NCBI GenBank assembly: GCA_965222375.1
Contig: CBDCTZ010000014.1
Location: 1,216,001-1,280,000 of the forward strand
Length of the DNA: 64,000 bases
Reading direction: 5' to 3'
From: Polyangiaceae bacterium
GTDB taxonomy: Bacteria > Myxococcota_A > Polyangia > Polyangiales > Polyangiaceae
Shown: positions 47,924 through 57,789 of the stretch, one piece after another
Numbering within the stretch: the stretch's first letter is position 1
Layout: each line of letters opens with the position of its first letter
Translations under genes and position numbers: made by a program
Notes under the pieces: model-generated
Seen by the model: the letters and a program-made list of their open reading frames with translations, nothing else
The model's database searches: none
Told to the model about the DNA's origin: nothing

Positions 47924-48774
47924 GGCATAGCCTTCTTACGCTGGGCGTGGGCGGCAGTGAAGGCGGCGCCGAGAAAAAATGCGTGGGCATTGTAGTGAGC
48001 CCAGAGCATGAGCATGACGATGGCGCTCGCGGTCCCATAGATGCTCACGTCGCGGTAGGTCACGTAGGCGGTGACAGCGAGGGAACCCAGAGTGAAGAGC
48101 AGAGCGGTCACTGCGCTGCCGATGAGGGCGTCGCGGTTCGATACTTTGGTTCGGGGCAGGACACGAAACATGATAAAGAACAGCACCGTAGTCGTGAAAA
48201 ATGAGGCGATGCCTTCCAGCGCTCGGAATCCCAGCGAAGCCTCCAGGCTCATGGCGTGGCGCGCGGCGGCCAGTCCGGTGTGGACGAGCGTCGTGGCCAT
48301 GAGCAGGATCCCCACGACCAGCACCATGGCGAAAGAAAGCGCACGTTTCTGCACCTGGGCTAGTGCACGGTCGAACCAGGTCTTGGGCTTGGGGGCGGGC
48401 TCGGCGTTCCAGAGCAAGTCGAGGGCTCGAGTGATTTGTGAAAACAGTCGTGTCGAAGCGTAGAGCAGCACGGCGATCCCGAAGAGGTTGGTCAGCGAGC
48501 CTGTCGTTCGGCTCTCGGTGGCCTGGATCAGATCTGCGATGGTCGTGGCACCTTTGGCGCCGACCCAGGCCGAGAGTTGCGTCTGCAGAGTGGTGTTGAG
48601 GCTGTCCGCCTCCATGAAGACAGCGGCAACCCGCAGCGCGATTACCAATATGGGCACGACAGACAGCAACGCATAGAAGGCGATGCTTGCGGATAGCAGT
48701 CGCGCACCGCGCTCAGAAAATATCCGATACGCATCCTTCGCCAGCTGTTTGAAGTCGCGCCAAGCTGCGAGCAC
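47920..48774 (-). CDS. YihY/virulence factor BrkB family membrane protein
   Basis: SASIAFYALLSVVP, YGTASAIVMLMLW...FFLGA. Start placed at GTG 48774. Confidence 0.88.
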   Translation of the reverse strand: MLAAWRDFKQLAKDAYRIFSERGARLLSASIAFYALLSVVPILVIALRVAAVFMEADSLNTTLQTQLSAWVGAKGATTIADLIQATESRTTGSLTNLFGIAVLLYASTRLFSQITRALDLLWNAEPAPKPKTWFDRALAQVQKRALSFAMVLVVGILLMATTLVHTGLAAARHAMSLEASLGFRALEGIASFFTTTVLFFIMFRVLPRTKVSNRDALIGSAVTALLFTLGSLAVTAYVTYRDVSIYGTASAIVMLMLWAHYNAHAFFLGAAFTAAHAQRKKAMP

Positions 48775-48865
48775 ACCCGAGGATAGGCGATATTCTTCTC
48801 TTCGTCGGCGGATCTCTCGCGGCACCGAAGCGATGCTTCTGCTAGACCTCGCAGCTGGGGTGAAG

Positions 48866-49153
48866 ATGCGACATTCGACTGCGTGGTTCGGGACAATCGT
48901 GGCGCTTTCGCTGCTGGGTTGCAGCAGTGACGAAACCACTGAGGCGAAAAAGCCAGCGTCGACGAGTGCTGCCCAGACGCAAGCGATTGTCACGCTGGAG
49001 TTCGGCGCATCTGCGGTCTTCTCCCCAGAACTCCAACAGAAGGTGTCGTGTCTCTTCAGCTGGACGCAGGTCAGCCCTTCGAACAGGCCATGCTCACGCC
49101 GTGCCAAACGAGTTGACCGAGTCTCGGTCGCTCTGTACGCTGTAGCAGCGTGA
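48866..49153 (+). CDS. Short lipoprotein, possibly a truncated remnant
   Basis: MRHSTAWFGTIVALSLLGC lipobox. No recognisable domain. Confidence 0.4.
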   Translation: MRHSTAWFGTIVALSLLGCSSDETTEAKKPASTSAAQTQAIVTLEFGASAVFSPELQQKVSCLFSWTQVSPSNRPCSRRAKRVDRVSVALYAVAA

Positions 49154-49959
49154 CGAAGCTCTTGCGGGTCACCATTATCGGCGTGCTGGGTGTAGGCCTC
49201 TCGCTGAGCGCATGCGCGCAAGCCGACGCGGAATCAGCTCCTATGTCCAAGGCGGGAGCCGGAGGTGGCTCTGGGGACGCCTCGGTTGTCGGCAGTTCGG
49301 GGTTTCCAAGCGCCGGCGGCAAAGGCGGAGGTGGTGCCTCCGGCGCAGCAGGGGCCGCGGGAACGAGCTCCGGTGGCGCGGCGTCCGGTGGCACCGGTGG
49401 GAGCAGCAGTGGCGGTGCCAGTTCTGGTGGCGCGAGTTCGGGTGGTGCCGGGTCTGGAGGCGTGAGCACCGGCGGCACGAGTTCCGGCGGGACTAGCTCC
49501 GGTGGCACGAGTTCCGGTGGCACGAGCTCCGGTGGCACGAGCTCAGGCGGCGCGAGTTCTGGCGGGACTAGCTCCGGTGGCACGAGCTCAGGTGGCACGA
49601 GCAGTGGGGGAAGCGGTGGGTCGGCCTGTGCAACGCTGGCTTCAGGACAGTCCTTGGGAAAGGGGCAGTCCAAGAAGTCCTGCGATGGGCGTTTCACGCT
49701 CATCCTGCAAACGGACGGCAACCTGGTTCTCTACGGTCCGCCCGGGGCGCTCTGGTCGAGCAACACGGCGGGCTCGGCGGCAAACGTCGCGGCGATGCAG
49801 ACCGACGGAAACTTCGTGGTGTACGCTGGCGCGACGCCGCTATGGTCGTCCAACACGGCGAACAACCCCGGCGCGTTCTTGTCGGTTCAAAACGACGGTA
49901 ATACGGTGATCTACAAGGGTGCTTCCGCTCTTTGGTCCACAAAGACCTGCTGTCATTGA
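49150..49959 (+). CDS. Bulb-type (mannose-binding) lectin lipoprotein
   Basis: Three QxDxNxVxY motifs (QTDGNLVLY, QTDGNFVVY, QNDGNTVIY). LSAC lipobox and GGTSS repeats. Confidence 0.88.
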   Translation: MTKLLRVTIIGVLGVGLSLSACAQADAESAPMSKAGAGGGSGDASVVGSSGFPSAGGKGGGGASGAAGAAGTSSGGAASGGTGGSSSGGASSGGASSGGAGSGGVSTGGTSSGGTSSGGTSSGGTSSGGTSSGGASSGGTSSGGTSSGGTSSGGSGGSACATLASGQSLGKGQSKKSCDGRFTLILQTDGNLVLYGPPGALWSSNTAGSAANVAAMQTDGNFVVYAGATPLWSSNTANNPGAFLSVQNDGNTVIYKGASALWSTKTCCH

Positions 49960-49998
49960 GGTTTTTGCAGCTGGCACTGGCGTGCGAGGCGTGCTGCA

Positions 49999-50385
49999 AT
50001 GCGCGCCATGAAGAACTTGAGCCAGGTGTGCGTCGCGTGTTGCGCGTTGGTCTTTGTCGCTTGTGGTGGTTCCAAAGAACCCGAGACTCAGAACCAGCCG
50101 CCGCCCGGTTACTACCAACAGCAGCCGCCTCCGCCTCAATACGGGCCGCCTCCTGCGCAGCCCGCTCCCACGGCTGCCCCGGCACCGGCTCCAACGCCGG
50201 CGCCCACCACGCCTCCGGCTGCGCCCACGACGACTGCGCCTCCAGCGGGCACTGGAGCCGCGCCGGCAGCCAGCGGCACGCCGACGGCAATTCCTGGCGT
50301 GATGAAGAACGCTGATGGAACCTGCTCCCTCACCGTGCCTGGGGCAGCCCAGCCCATGGTTGGGCCCTGCCCACCTGGGATCTGA
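49999..50385 (+). CDS. Pro-rich lipoprotein
   Basis: FVAC lipobox, P/A/T-rich body, small C-terminal Cys pair. Confidence 0.7.
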   Translation: MRAMKNLSQVCVACCALVFVACGGSKEPETQNQPPPGYYQQQPPPPQYGPPPAQPAPTAAPAPAPTPAPTTPPAAPTTTAPPAGTGAAPAASGTPTAIPGVMKNADGTCSLTVPGAAQPMVGPCPPGI

Positions 50386-50421
50386 GTCGCATAGGTCTCC
50401 AATAGCTGCAGCATCGTCGCT

Positions 50422-51270
50422 ATGAAGTGGCAAAGAGGCTACCAGAGCAAGGACGTCGAAGACCGTCGTGGCACGCGGCGTCGCCGAGGCGGTCCCGCAC
50501 TCAAGCTCGGAGTTGGCGGTACCCTGATTGGGCTCGTCGTATTGGTCGCCTTCGGCAAGGATTACCTGGGCGTGCTTTCCGCGGTGGGGCCGAGCGCCGG
50601 GCCTGCTGCTCCTGCCGCTTCGAGCCCAGAGCAGAAAGAGCAAGTGGAGTTCATTTCTTTCGCCCTGGATGACATCCAGAACACCTGGGAGCCGATTTTC
50701 AGAAAGCGCGGACAGAACTATCAGCGAGCCAAGCTGGTCTTGTTCAACGATAGCGTGTCCTCGGCCTGCGGCGAGCAGAGCTCGGCGGTGGGCCCCTTCT
50801 ATTGCGGTGGAGACAAGAAGGCGTACATCGATCTGACGTTCTACGGCGATCTCAAGAAGCGCTTTGGAGCGCCCGGGGACTTCGCTCAGGCCTACGTGCT
50901 CGCTCACGAAATCGGTCACCACGTCCAGAACCTGTTGGGCATCAGTCGGAGCGTGGCGCGTCTCAAACGCGCGTCGCCTGCGAAGAAGAACGCACTGTCG
51001 GTTCGGCAGGAACTTCAGGCCGACTGCTTTGCTGGCGTCTGGGCGCATTCCACCCGCAAGCGCAAACTGCTCGAGGCTGGAGACGTGGATGAGGCGCTCA
51101 CGGCAGCGTCCGCCATCGGCGACGACACGCTGCAACGCCGCGCGCGCGGCAAGGTTTCGCCGGAGACCTTCACCCACGGCACTGCCGAGCAGCGCAAGCG
51201 CTGGTTCAAGGTCGGCATGGACTCCGGGAGTGTGGATGCGTGCGACACTCTGAAGGCCGACACGCTCTAG
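50422..51270 (+). CDS. Neutral zinc metallopeptidase (YpfJ-like)
   Basis: GPFYC, AHEIGHHVQ, ELQADCFAG, FTHGT. Confidence 0.92.
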   Translation: MKWQRGYQSKDVEDRRGTRRRRGGPALKLGVGGTLIGLVVLVAFGKDYLGVLSAVGPSAGPAAPAASSPEQKEQVEFISFALDDIQNTWEPIFRKRGQNYQRAKLVLFNDSVSSACGEQSSAVGPFYCGGDKKAYIDLTFYGDLKKRFGAPGDFAQAYVLAHEIGHHVQNLLGISRSVARLKRASPAKKNALSVRQELQADCFAGVWAHSTRKRKLLEAGDVDEALTAASAIGDDTLQRRARGKVSPETFTHGTAEQRKRWFKVGMDSGSVDACDTLKADTL

Positions 51271-51304
51271 CCTTGTCCTCGCGCTTGGGGGGTCGATTGC
51301 GCCC

Positions 51305-52093
51305 ATGACGGAAGCCACCGGCGTGTACGGAGGGCGCTATCGTGCCCTTGCACTACTTGGCAAGGGGGGCTTTGGCGCAGTGTACCGGGCCGAAGACGCA
51401 AATACGGGGCGTCATGTGGCACTCAAGCTCCTCCACGGCGGATTGGACCAAACGGCCACTCAGCGCTTCGTTCGCAAAGCGCAAATCGTACAGACCCTGG
51501 CCCACCCGAACATCGTCAGAATGTTCGACTTTGGCGAAGACGTTGGCGGGCATTTCATCGTCTACGAATTGCTGGAGGGCGAGACTCTAACGAAGGTGCT
51601 GAAGGCGGGGCCGCTTTCCATCGAGCGGGCCGTCCTTCAGGCTCAGCTGTCGCCTGGGCCCGTCCCGCTGCCCGAGGCGGTGGTGCGATCCGCCTACGCG
51701 TCGGTGATCCGTGACGCGGCACAAAAGTCGAGCGAGGCGCGCCATCAGAACGCGGCGCTGTTCCTTCGAGAGCTCCGATCAGCTGCCGAGGTGGTTGGGG
51801 TTTCGGGGCACCTGCCGGGACAGTCAGGCAGCGCGCCGGGGATCCGAGATGCGGCGACCGTGGCCCACGGGTCCCCCGCCAAAGCCGCCGCCAGTTGCGC
51901 TTGGACCTGCCCAATCCTCCCCGCTGAGCACAGCCCCGGCGCGGCGCAGCTCTTCGCGTGGCCCTTGTTGGCGTTGGGCCACCTCATGGCGACGGGCGCG
52001 CTCGTGGTTGGGGCTGCCATGGCGGACGCGGAAAAAGCCCGAGAACGCACGTGGCGGCCGCTCTCGAATTGCCTCGCTCTGTGCTCCGTCTAA
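51305..52093 (+). pseudogene. Ser/Thr kinase remnant with in-frame loss of the catalytic core
   Basis: Has LGKGGFGAVY, VALK and HPNIV but no HRD, DFG or APE. The alphaC Glu is replaced (RFVRKA). Confidence 0.7.
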
Positions 52094-52152
52094 CCTGTGG
52101 CACCCCAATTGCTATGCTTGCGGGCGCCTTCTTTGGGAACGAGGAACACACC

Positions 52153-52752
52153 ATGAATATCCGCAGCTGCGTCGGGGTCGTTTTGGCTTGTTCGGTAATG
52201 TTTGCGCAAGGGTGCGGCGGTCCGCAAGCCGTGCGCGGTGGGGACGTGGAAGGTCTCGATGACGAAGCCATGAGCACGGGTCTCGACAAGCGCGATCTGG
52301 AAGGCGCACTGCACGAGAACATGAACGCGCTTCAGGCGTCCGCTGTCATCAAGCGCTGGCAGAGTGAAAACCAACCGACCGTCGCGGTACTGCCGTTGCG
52401 CAATGAGACGAGCGAACACGTCGATAGCTCGCTGCAGGCGCTGATCAGCGACATCGAAACGAAGTTGGTCAACGCTGGCCACGTGCAGGTCGTGAGCCTA
52501 GAGCGCCAGCCAGAGATCTTGGACGAAGTGCGACGGCAGTATGCTGGTGGCTACGACCCGAGCAACATGGCGCGCTGGGGGAAGCAGATTGGCGCACGCT
52601 ACTTCGTTACTGGGAAGGTGTTCTCCGCTGACGAGCGCAGTGAGGACGAGCGCCGGGTGCAGTACTTCATGTACTTGCAGGTGCTGGATGTCGAGACCGG
52701 CGCGTTGTTGTTCCAAAACAAGACGGAGATCACCAAAGCGCTGGTGCGATAG
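52153..52752 (+). CDS. LpoB-like lipoprotein
   Basis: GAGG RBS, AQGC lipobox, NETSEHVD, GKQIGARY, LDVETG. Confidence 0.75.
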   Translation: MNIRSCVGVVLACSVMFAQGCGGPQAVRGGDVEGLDDEAMSTGLDKRDLEGALHENMNALQASAVIKRWQSENQPTVAVLPLRNETSEHVDSSLQALISDIETKLVNAGHVQVVSLERQPEILDEVRRQYAGGYDPSNMARWGKQIGARYFVTGKVFSADERSEDERRVQYFMYLQVLDVETGALLFQNKTEITKALVR

Positions 52753-52774
52753 GAGCGGGCGCGCGGAGCAGCCC

Positions 52775-54466
52775 ATGCCTCACCCCGCTTGGACGCGCAG
52801 ACTCGGTAACGCTCCTGTCGGAGCTGCTGCGGTGCTGTCCTTGACTCTCGCTTCTTGTGGTGGGCACGCCGCGCGAACCCTGGACGCTCGTGACGCCCTG
52901 GACGCCGGGGATCCAAAGCGGGCGCTCGCGCTGATCAACGAAGAACTGGGCGTGACGCGCGCAGCGGACTTGCCCAAGGACCTGAGTGGCGACCAAGCCA
53001 TCTTGCTTTTGGATCGGGCGATGGTCCTGCAGCAACTCGAGGAGTACAAATTCTCTGCGCGAGACCTGGGCGTTGCGGACAAGCAAGTCGAAGTGCTCGA
53101 CTTGTCTCGCGGTGCCGGCGCTGAGATCGGACGCTACCTATTTAGTGACTCCAGCGGTGCGTACAAGGCACCGGCCTACGAGAAGCTGATGATCAACACC
53201 ATGAACATGGTGAACTACCTGGTGCGTTCCGATCTGTCGGGCGCACGGGTAGAGGCGCGGCGACTGGCGGTGATGCAGCGCTTTCTCGGCGAAACAGAGA
53301 ACCCCGGCGCCTCTTTGCTCGCTCCCGGGAGCTATCTCGCGGGGTTCACCTTCGAGAAGAGCGGGCGCGACGAAGAAGCGCTTCGCTACTACGACGAAGC
53401 CTTGAAGTACGGCAGCTATCGAACCCTAACCGAGCCCATCCGCCGCCTGGCCAAGACAGCTCGCTATCGCAGCCCGCGGATTCGACGGATCTTGGGCGAT
53501 GCGGATCCGTTGCGCGCCCCCAAAGCTGAGCCTCGGGCAAAAAAAAAGAAGGCGAAGCCCACGAAGCCAGCCAAGGCTGCCGCGCGACCTGCGGCCGCCG
53601 CTGTCCCAACGTCTGACAAGGTTGCGCTCGAGTCTGGTTCTGCTGCAGCCCGTAAGCCCGATGGGGTGCCTGCAGCTGCGCAAGACAAGGCAGGCTCGGG
53701 CGCATTGGAAGGAGCGCAAGCAAGAAAGCCATCGGCCGCGAAGAAGACAGACAAGTCCCCGACGGCGAGCAGACAAGCGGGGGAGACGGATACTTCCGCG
53801 GTCGCAAAAGATGCTGTCAAGGGCGCCAGCACTGCGTCTCCAAAGCGAGAACGAGAGGGTTACGGCGAACTCATGGTGGTTGTCAGCTTTGGTCGCGTGC
53901 CCGCCAAGTTCGCCAAGCGAATTCCAATTGGCCTCGCATTGACCTACGCCTCAGGAGCGATCAGCCCCCACGACCGATCCCAAGCCAACGCGTTCGCGAT
54001 GCAAGGTTTGGTGACTTGGGTCAACTACCCGGAACTTGGAAAAGGGCGCGGAAGTTACAGCGTCCCGACCTTCTACCTCGATGGCCAGGGTCAATTCCTG
54101 GAAGGGATCCTGGCAGTCGATCGCGAGGCTCGGCAGGCTTGGGAGCAGGCACGGGGGGCGGTCGTGGGATCAGCCATCACACGGCTGGTCACGCGAATCG
54201 TTGCCGGCGAAGCCGTGCGGCGTGGTTCCGGCGGTGGCGCGTTGGGGCTGTTACTCAGCCTCGGCACGCAGGCAACGCTGACCGCGGCGGACACGCCTGA
54301 TACCCGCAGCTGGGCCACGCTGCCAGCACGTATCGCCTTCGGTCGCGCTTGGGTCAAAGCCGGACGCCACCACATTCGCTTGGGCGCTCGCAGTATCGAG
54401 AAGCGCGGATACATCGATGTGCCTGCGGGGAGCTTTTCGATCGTCAATCTCACGGTGCTGCATTGA
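52775..54466 (+). CDS. TPR-like lipoprotein (COG3014-like) with Lys/Ala-rich insertion
   Basis: YKAPAYEKLMIN, ARVEARR, DTRSWATLP. Follows the LpoB-like gene. Confidence 0.75.
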   Translation: MPHPAWTRRLGNAPVGAAAVLSLTLASCGGHAARTLDARDALDAGDPKRALALINEELGVTRAADLPKDLSGDQAILLLDRAMVLQQLEEYKFSARDLGVADKQVEVLDLSRGAGAEIGRYLFSDSSGAYKAPAYEKLMINTMNMVNYLVRSDLSGARVEARRLAVMQRFLGETENPGASLLAPGSYLAGFTFEKSGRDEEALRYYDEALKYGSYRTLTEPIRRLAKTARYRSPRIRRILGDADPLRAPKAEPRAKKKKAKPTKPAKAAARPAAAAVPTSDKVALESGSAAARKPDGVPAAAQDKAGSGALEGAQARKPSAAKKTDKSPTASRQAGETDTSAVAKDAVKGASTASPKREREGYGELMVVVSFGRVPAKFAKRIPIGLALTYASGAISPHDRSQANAFAMQGLVTWVNYPELGKGRGSYSVPTFYLDGQGQFLEGILAVDREARQAWEQARGAVVGSAITRLVTRIVAGEAVRRGSGGGALGLLLSLGTQATLTAADTPDTRSWATLPARIAFGRAWVKAGRHHIRLGARSIEKRGYIDVPAGSFSIVNLTVLH

Positions 54467-54497
54467 GCGCAGTGCCCCAGCTTGGAATGGTGAAATC

Positions 54498-55283
54498 ATG
54501 AAGTATCGAACACGCAACAAAGGACAGTTCGGCGCAGTGGGCGTGGCGATCATCACGGCGTGGTCGACGGCGGCCGCCGCACAGTGGACGGACGCACCTG
54601 CCGATGGGGACACGGCTCCGGCCTCCGGCGAGGCTCCTGCGTCGGACGCAGCTGCCACAACCGACGAAGCAGCTTCAGCCTCTAACGAGTCTACGAGCGA
54701 GAAAGAGCCACCTAAGATCGACGTCACTACGCCGGAGCCGGAGCCGCCCGTTGCGCGCTCGTACCATGTGCATGATGGCTTCTACTTACGCCTCAACATC
54801 GGCATCGGTGGCCACGCCATCACCTACAACGACGACATCACCGCTTCGGGTGGCTCTGTTGCTTTCGACGCTTTGGTGGGAGGTTCGCCCAACCCCGGGT
54901 TCGCCATTGGAGGTGCGCTGATCGGGGACTACTCTCCGAATCTCGCTCTGGAGGGAACGACCGCTGACCTCGAGGCAAACGTGCAGACCGGTATCATCGG
55001 TGTCTTCATTGACGGCTTTCCCGATCCCAAGGGCGGTTTTCACATCGGCGGCGCTCTCGGACTCGCGAACATCCAGACGGATCCGAGTGCGGGCGACGTT
55101 CGCAATGACACCGGCTTCGGCGGTGCGGCCTGGATCGGCTACGACGCCTGGGTTGGCGACGAGTGGTCCGTGGGCGGCCTGGTTCGCTTTGCCACAGCCG
55201 TGGGGCGTTCCAAGGAGGGCGATCAGGATTTGGACTCCCGGTCCAGCGCTCTCACCTTGCTGTTCACGGCGCTCTATCATTGA
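54498..55283 (+). CDS. Outer membrane beta-barrel protein
   Basis: Signal peptide, HDGFYLRL, alternating beta-strands, C-terminal TALYH. Confidence 0.7.
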   Translation: MKYRTRNKGQFGAVGVAIITAWSTAAAAQWTDAPADGDTAPASGEAPASDAAATTDEAASASNESTSEKEPPKIDVTTPEPEPPVARSYHVHDGFYLRLNIGIGGHAITYNDDITASGGSVAFDALVGGSPNPGFAIGGALIGDYSPNLALEGTTADLEANVQTGIIGVFIDGFPDPKGGFHIGGALGLANIQTDPSAGDVRNDTGFGGAAWIGYDAWVGDEWSVGGLVRFATAVGRSKEGDQDLDSRSSALTLLFTALYH

Positions 55284-55316
55284 GCCGGACGAAGAAACCA
55301 GTGTCGACCCTTCGCA

Positions 55317-56330
55317 CTACTTCTCGTCCTTGGGTTTGGGCACCTGAATGGTCGGCAGCTGCGTTCCCTGGGCGCGGGCGACCGCTCGGTGAGTCCAACC
55401 TTCAATCTCGCCGTCGCCGTAGATGATCATACGGACCGGGATGTCTTTGACATCCTGATCGCCTAGCACGTACATGCGATTGTGCTCGGGGATGGCCTCA
55501 TAGGCCTCCCGAAGAGCGTCGCGCATCTGGACCGTGGGGTTTGCGATGTAGGCAGCATAGGCGTCCTGGCACCGGGCTGAAGAGTCGGGGCGGCCATTGA
55601 GAGTTTCTACGACGTCGCGCAGCTCACTGAGTAGATCCTTTGGCCGCGTAGTGAATCGCGCCTTCTTCACTTCGAAGCTGCCCAGGCCGTGTATGTTCAC
55701 TCGAGAGCCCTTGCGAGGCTTGCTGAAAAGCTCCCGCTTCTTCACGCGCTCCGCCAGTCCGCCCAGGTCCGTCACCACCGGCTCGGGCAGGCGTCCAACC
55801 TCGATTGTTCCGTCCGCGAAAACCCTGACGTCTGCCAGAAACACTTCTCCCTGTTGCTTGTACAGCATCGAGATGCGGTCGCCTCGGATATGACTGCGAT
55901 GGAAATCGTCTGCTTGCCGCAGAGGTCGCTCGCTGGGACTGCCCAAGATCGACACCCGCACCTTGCCGCGCCGCTTCGTGGTCTGCCCGTGACAGTCGTG
56001 GAGATTGTGAAGCTCGGGGTTCAGCTCTGCGACCAACGCCTTCACGTGAGCGAAGAGCTGTTCTTCGCTCAGATCCCACCTGCCCGCACAGGGTTCGAAG
56101 TCGCCCAGCCCGTGCACGCTCAAGTTCGCTCCGTCGGGCACCCCCGGGGTCACCCAACCCGACGCTAGCTTCTCGCGAAACAGCTGCAGGTCCAAGAGCT
56201 CCCAACAATCGACCAGGCCGTCTTCGTAGACCTGCAGGTTCACGAAGAAGTGGCTCGAATTGTGGATAAAAGCGGGAGTGACGAGCCCTATGCGCACGCT
56301 GGTGCGAGAGATGAGTCGCCCGACGGTCAT
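55317..56330 (-). CDS. Hypothetical protein with internally duplicated domain
   Basis: LQVYEDGLVD...LSVHGLGDF repeated as VRVFADGTIE...VNIHGLGSF. C-terminal AYEAIPEHNRMYVLGDQD. Confidence 0.75.
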   Translation of the reverse strand: MTVGRLISRTSVRIGLVTPAFIHNSSHFFVNLQVYEDGLVDCWELLDLQLFREKLASGWVTPGVPDGANLSVHGLGDFEPCAGRWDLSEEQLFAHVKALVAELNPELHNLHDCHGQTTKRRGKVRVSILGSPSERPLRQADDFHRSHIRGDRISMLYKQQGEVFLADVRVFADGTIEVGRLPEPVVTDLGGLAERVKKRELFSKPRKGSRVNIHGLGSFEVKKARFTTRPKDLLSELRDVVETLNGRPDSSARCQDAYAAYIANPTVQMRDALREAYEAIPEHNRMYVLGDQDVKDIPVRMIIYGDGEIEGWTHRAVARAQGTQLPTIQVPKPKDEK

Positions 56331-56482
56331 CGGTGCAGCCTAAGGCCGCTACCACCCTCCAGCCAACACGTCTAACCAGTGCCGGCCGGGTTGGCTTGGT
56401 TGCTTCGAAGCTGGCCCGCCGCACATTTGGCTCGAACGGCAGCCCGATTTGTGCCGGCACCGAGCGGCGGTACACTACGACG

Positions 56483-57784
56483 ATGCGCTTACTAGCAATC
56501 TTGGGGGCGGGAGCCTTGTGTTTGTCTTGCTCGAGTTCGGAGGGCGGCGGCGCGGGGGCAGGCGGTGGCTTCCCAGTTGGAGGCAGCGGTGGCCAAAGCG
56601 CTAGTGGCGGTTCGGGTGGCGGCGTCGGCGGATCGACGGGCGGCGCTGCGGGCACGGGTGGCACGATCATCGTTGGCGGCTCTGGCGGTGGCGGTCCCAC
56701 GGAAGTGGTCAGCAGCTTGGAGCTCGAGCGGATCTGGTACATCGCGTCTCAAGGTCAGAACTCCCTGATCGACTTCAACCAGTCTCCGCCGGTCGTGACT
56801 TGTGGAGCGCCAGTGGGTGAGTCAGATGGGTTCGAAGGCACTGGGGTATTCACGGATCCAAAGAACGGCCAGCTGCTCTTCTATACCGACGGCCGCAAGG
56901 TGTTCCACGGGGGGACGAACCAGCTGCTCGCCAACGGGGATGCACTCTCCGGGCACGCCAGCTCGACGGAACCAGCGCTGATTGCTCCTAAGTACGGCAG
57001 TAACGACCAGGAATTCTACATCTTCACCAACTCGACCAACGTTTCCGCGCCGAGCACGATCTCCTACTCGGTGATGGATCTCTCTCAGGGGCCGAACGGA
57101 ACCGTCGTCACCAAGAACCAGCAGCTATTCAACGGCAACCCCGGTGAAGCGTTGGATGTGTTGCCTCATCCCGACGGCAAGTCCTTCTGGGTGCTGGGCT
57201 ACGACACAGCCTCGAACATCCAGTCCTACGTAGTCAACGACCAAGGAGTGAGCGCTACGCCCGTGGTGTCGTCCACGGGTATCAGCGGCCAGGTGAAGCG
57301 AGGTGCCATCAATCACACCCTCGACTACGACACCATCGTGATGGCGATCAATTTCGGCGGCGCCAATGGCGTCATCGCCACCGCCAGCTTCGACCGCCAA
57401 ACCGGCACGATTTCCAACGTGAAGCAACTGCTGACTGGAGACGTCGGCTACCACGCCTCCTTCTCGCCGGATGGCACGAAGCTCTACTTCGTGCGGGGAT
57501 CGGAAGGTTGGTACGGACAGGCATATCAATACGACATCCCGTCCAGTACCGAGACGAAGTTCGGAGGCACCCAGATGGCGGCCGCCAAGCTGGCTCCGAA
57601 CGGCAAGGTCTACTGGGCCAGCAACACCAGCCAACACTTGGGCGTGGTCGATAACCCGGACGCCCTGGGTGCGGCTGCGGGCTTCACCGAGAAGGGACTT
57701 TCCTTGAACGGTTGCACCTCTGGATTCGGCCTGCCGAACCAGACCGCCTCGTACCTGCAGTACCTACCGGAAGTGCCGAAGTAG
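56483..57784 (+). CDS. Beta-propeller lipoprotein
   Basis: CLSC lipobox, GQLLFYTDG, FSPDGTKLY, LAPNGKVY, GLPN. Confidence 0.75.
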   Translation: MRLLAILGAGALCLSCSSSEGGGAGAGGGFPVGGSGGQSASGGSGGGVGGSTGGAAGTGGTIIVGGSGGGGPTEVVSSLELERIWYIASQGQNSLIDFNQSPPVVTCGAPVGESDGFEGTGVFTDPKNGQLLFYTDGRKVFHGGTNQLLANGDALSGHASSTEPALIAPKYGSNDQEFYIFTNSTNVSAPSTISYSVMDLSQGPNGTVVTKNQQLFNGNPGEALDVLPHPDGKSFWVLGYDTASNIQSYVVNDQGVSATPVVSSTGISGQVKRGAINHTLDYDTIVMAINFGGANGVIATASFDRQTGTISNVKQLLTGDVGYHASFSPDGTKLYFVRGSEGWYGQAYQYDIPSSTETKFGGTQMAAAKLAPNGKVYWASNTSQHLGVVDNPDALGAAAGFTEKGLSLNGCTSGFGLPNQTASYLQYLPEVPK

Positions 57785-57789
57785 GCGGC

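Noticed and set aside
49471..49608. 15-bp GGTSS repeats (and GAGAGG repeats at ~60590-60727) as independent elements
   Set aside because: They are ordinary coding Gly-rich linkers.
53539..53547. A9 tract as a phase-variation switch
   Set aside because: It is in frame within Lys codons of a low-complexity segment, and a single sequence gives no evidence of variation.
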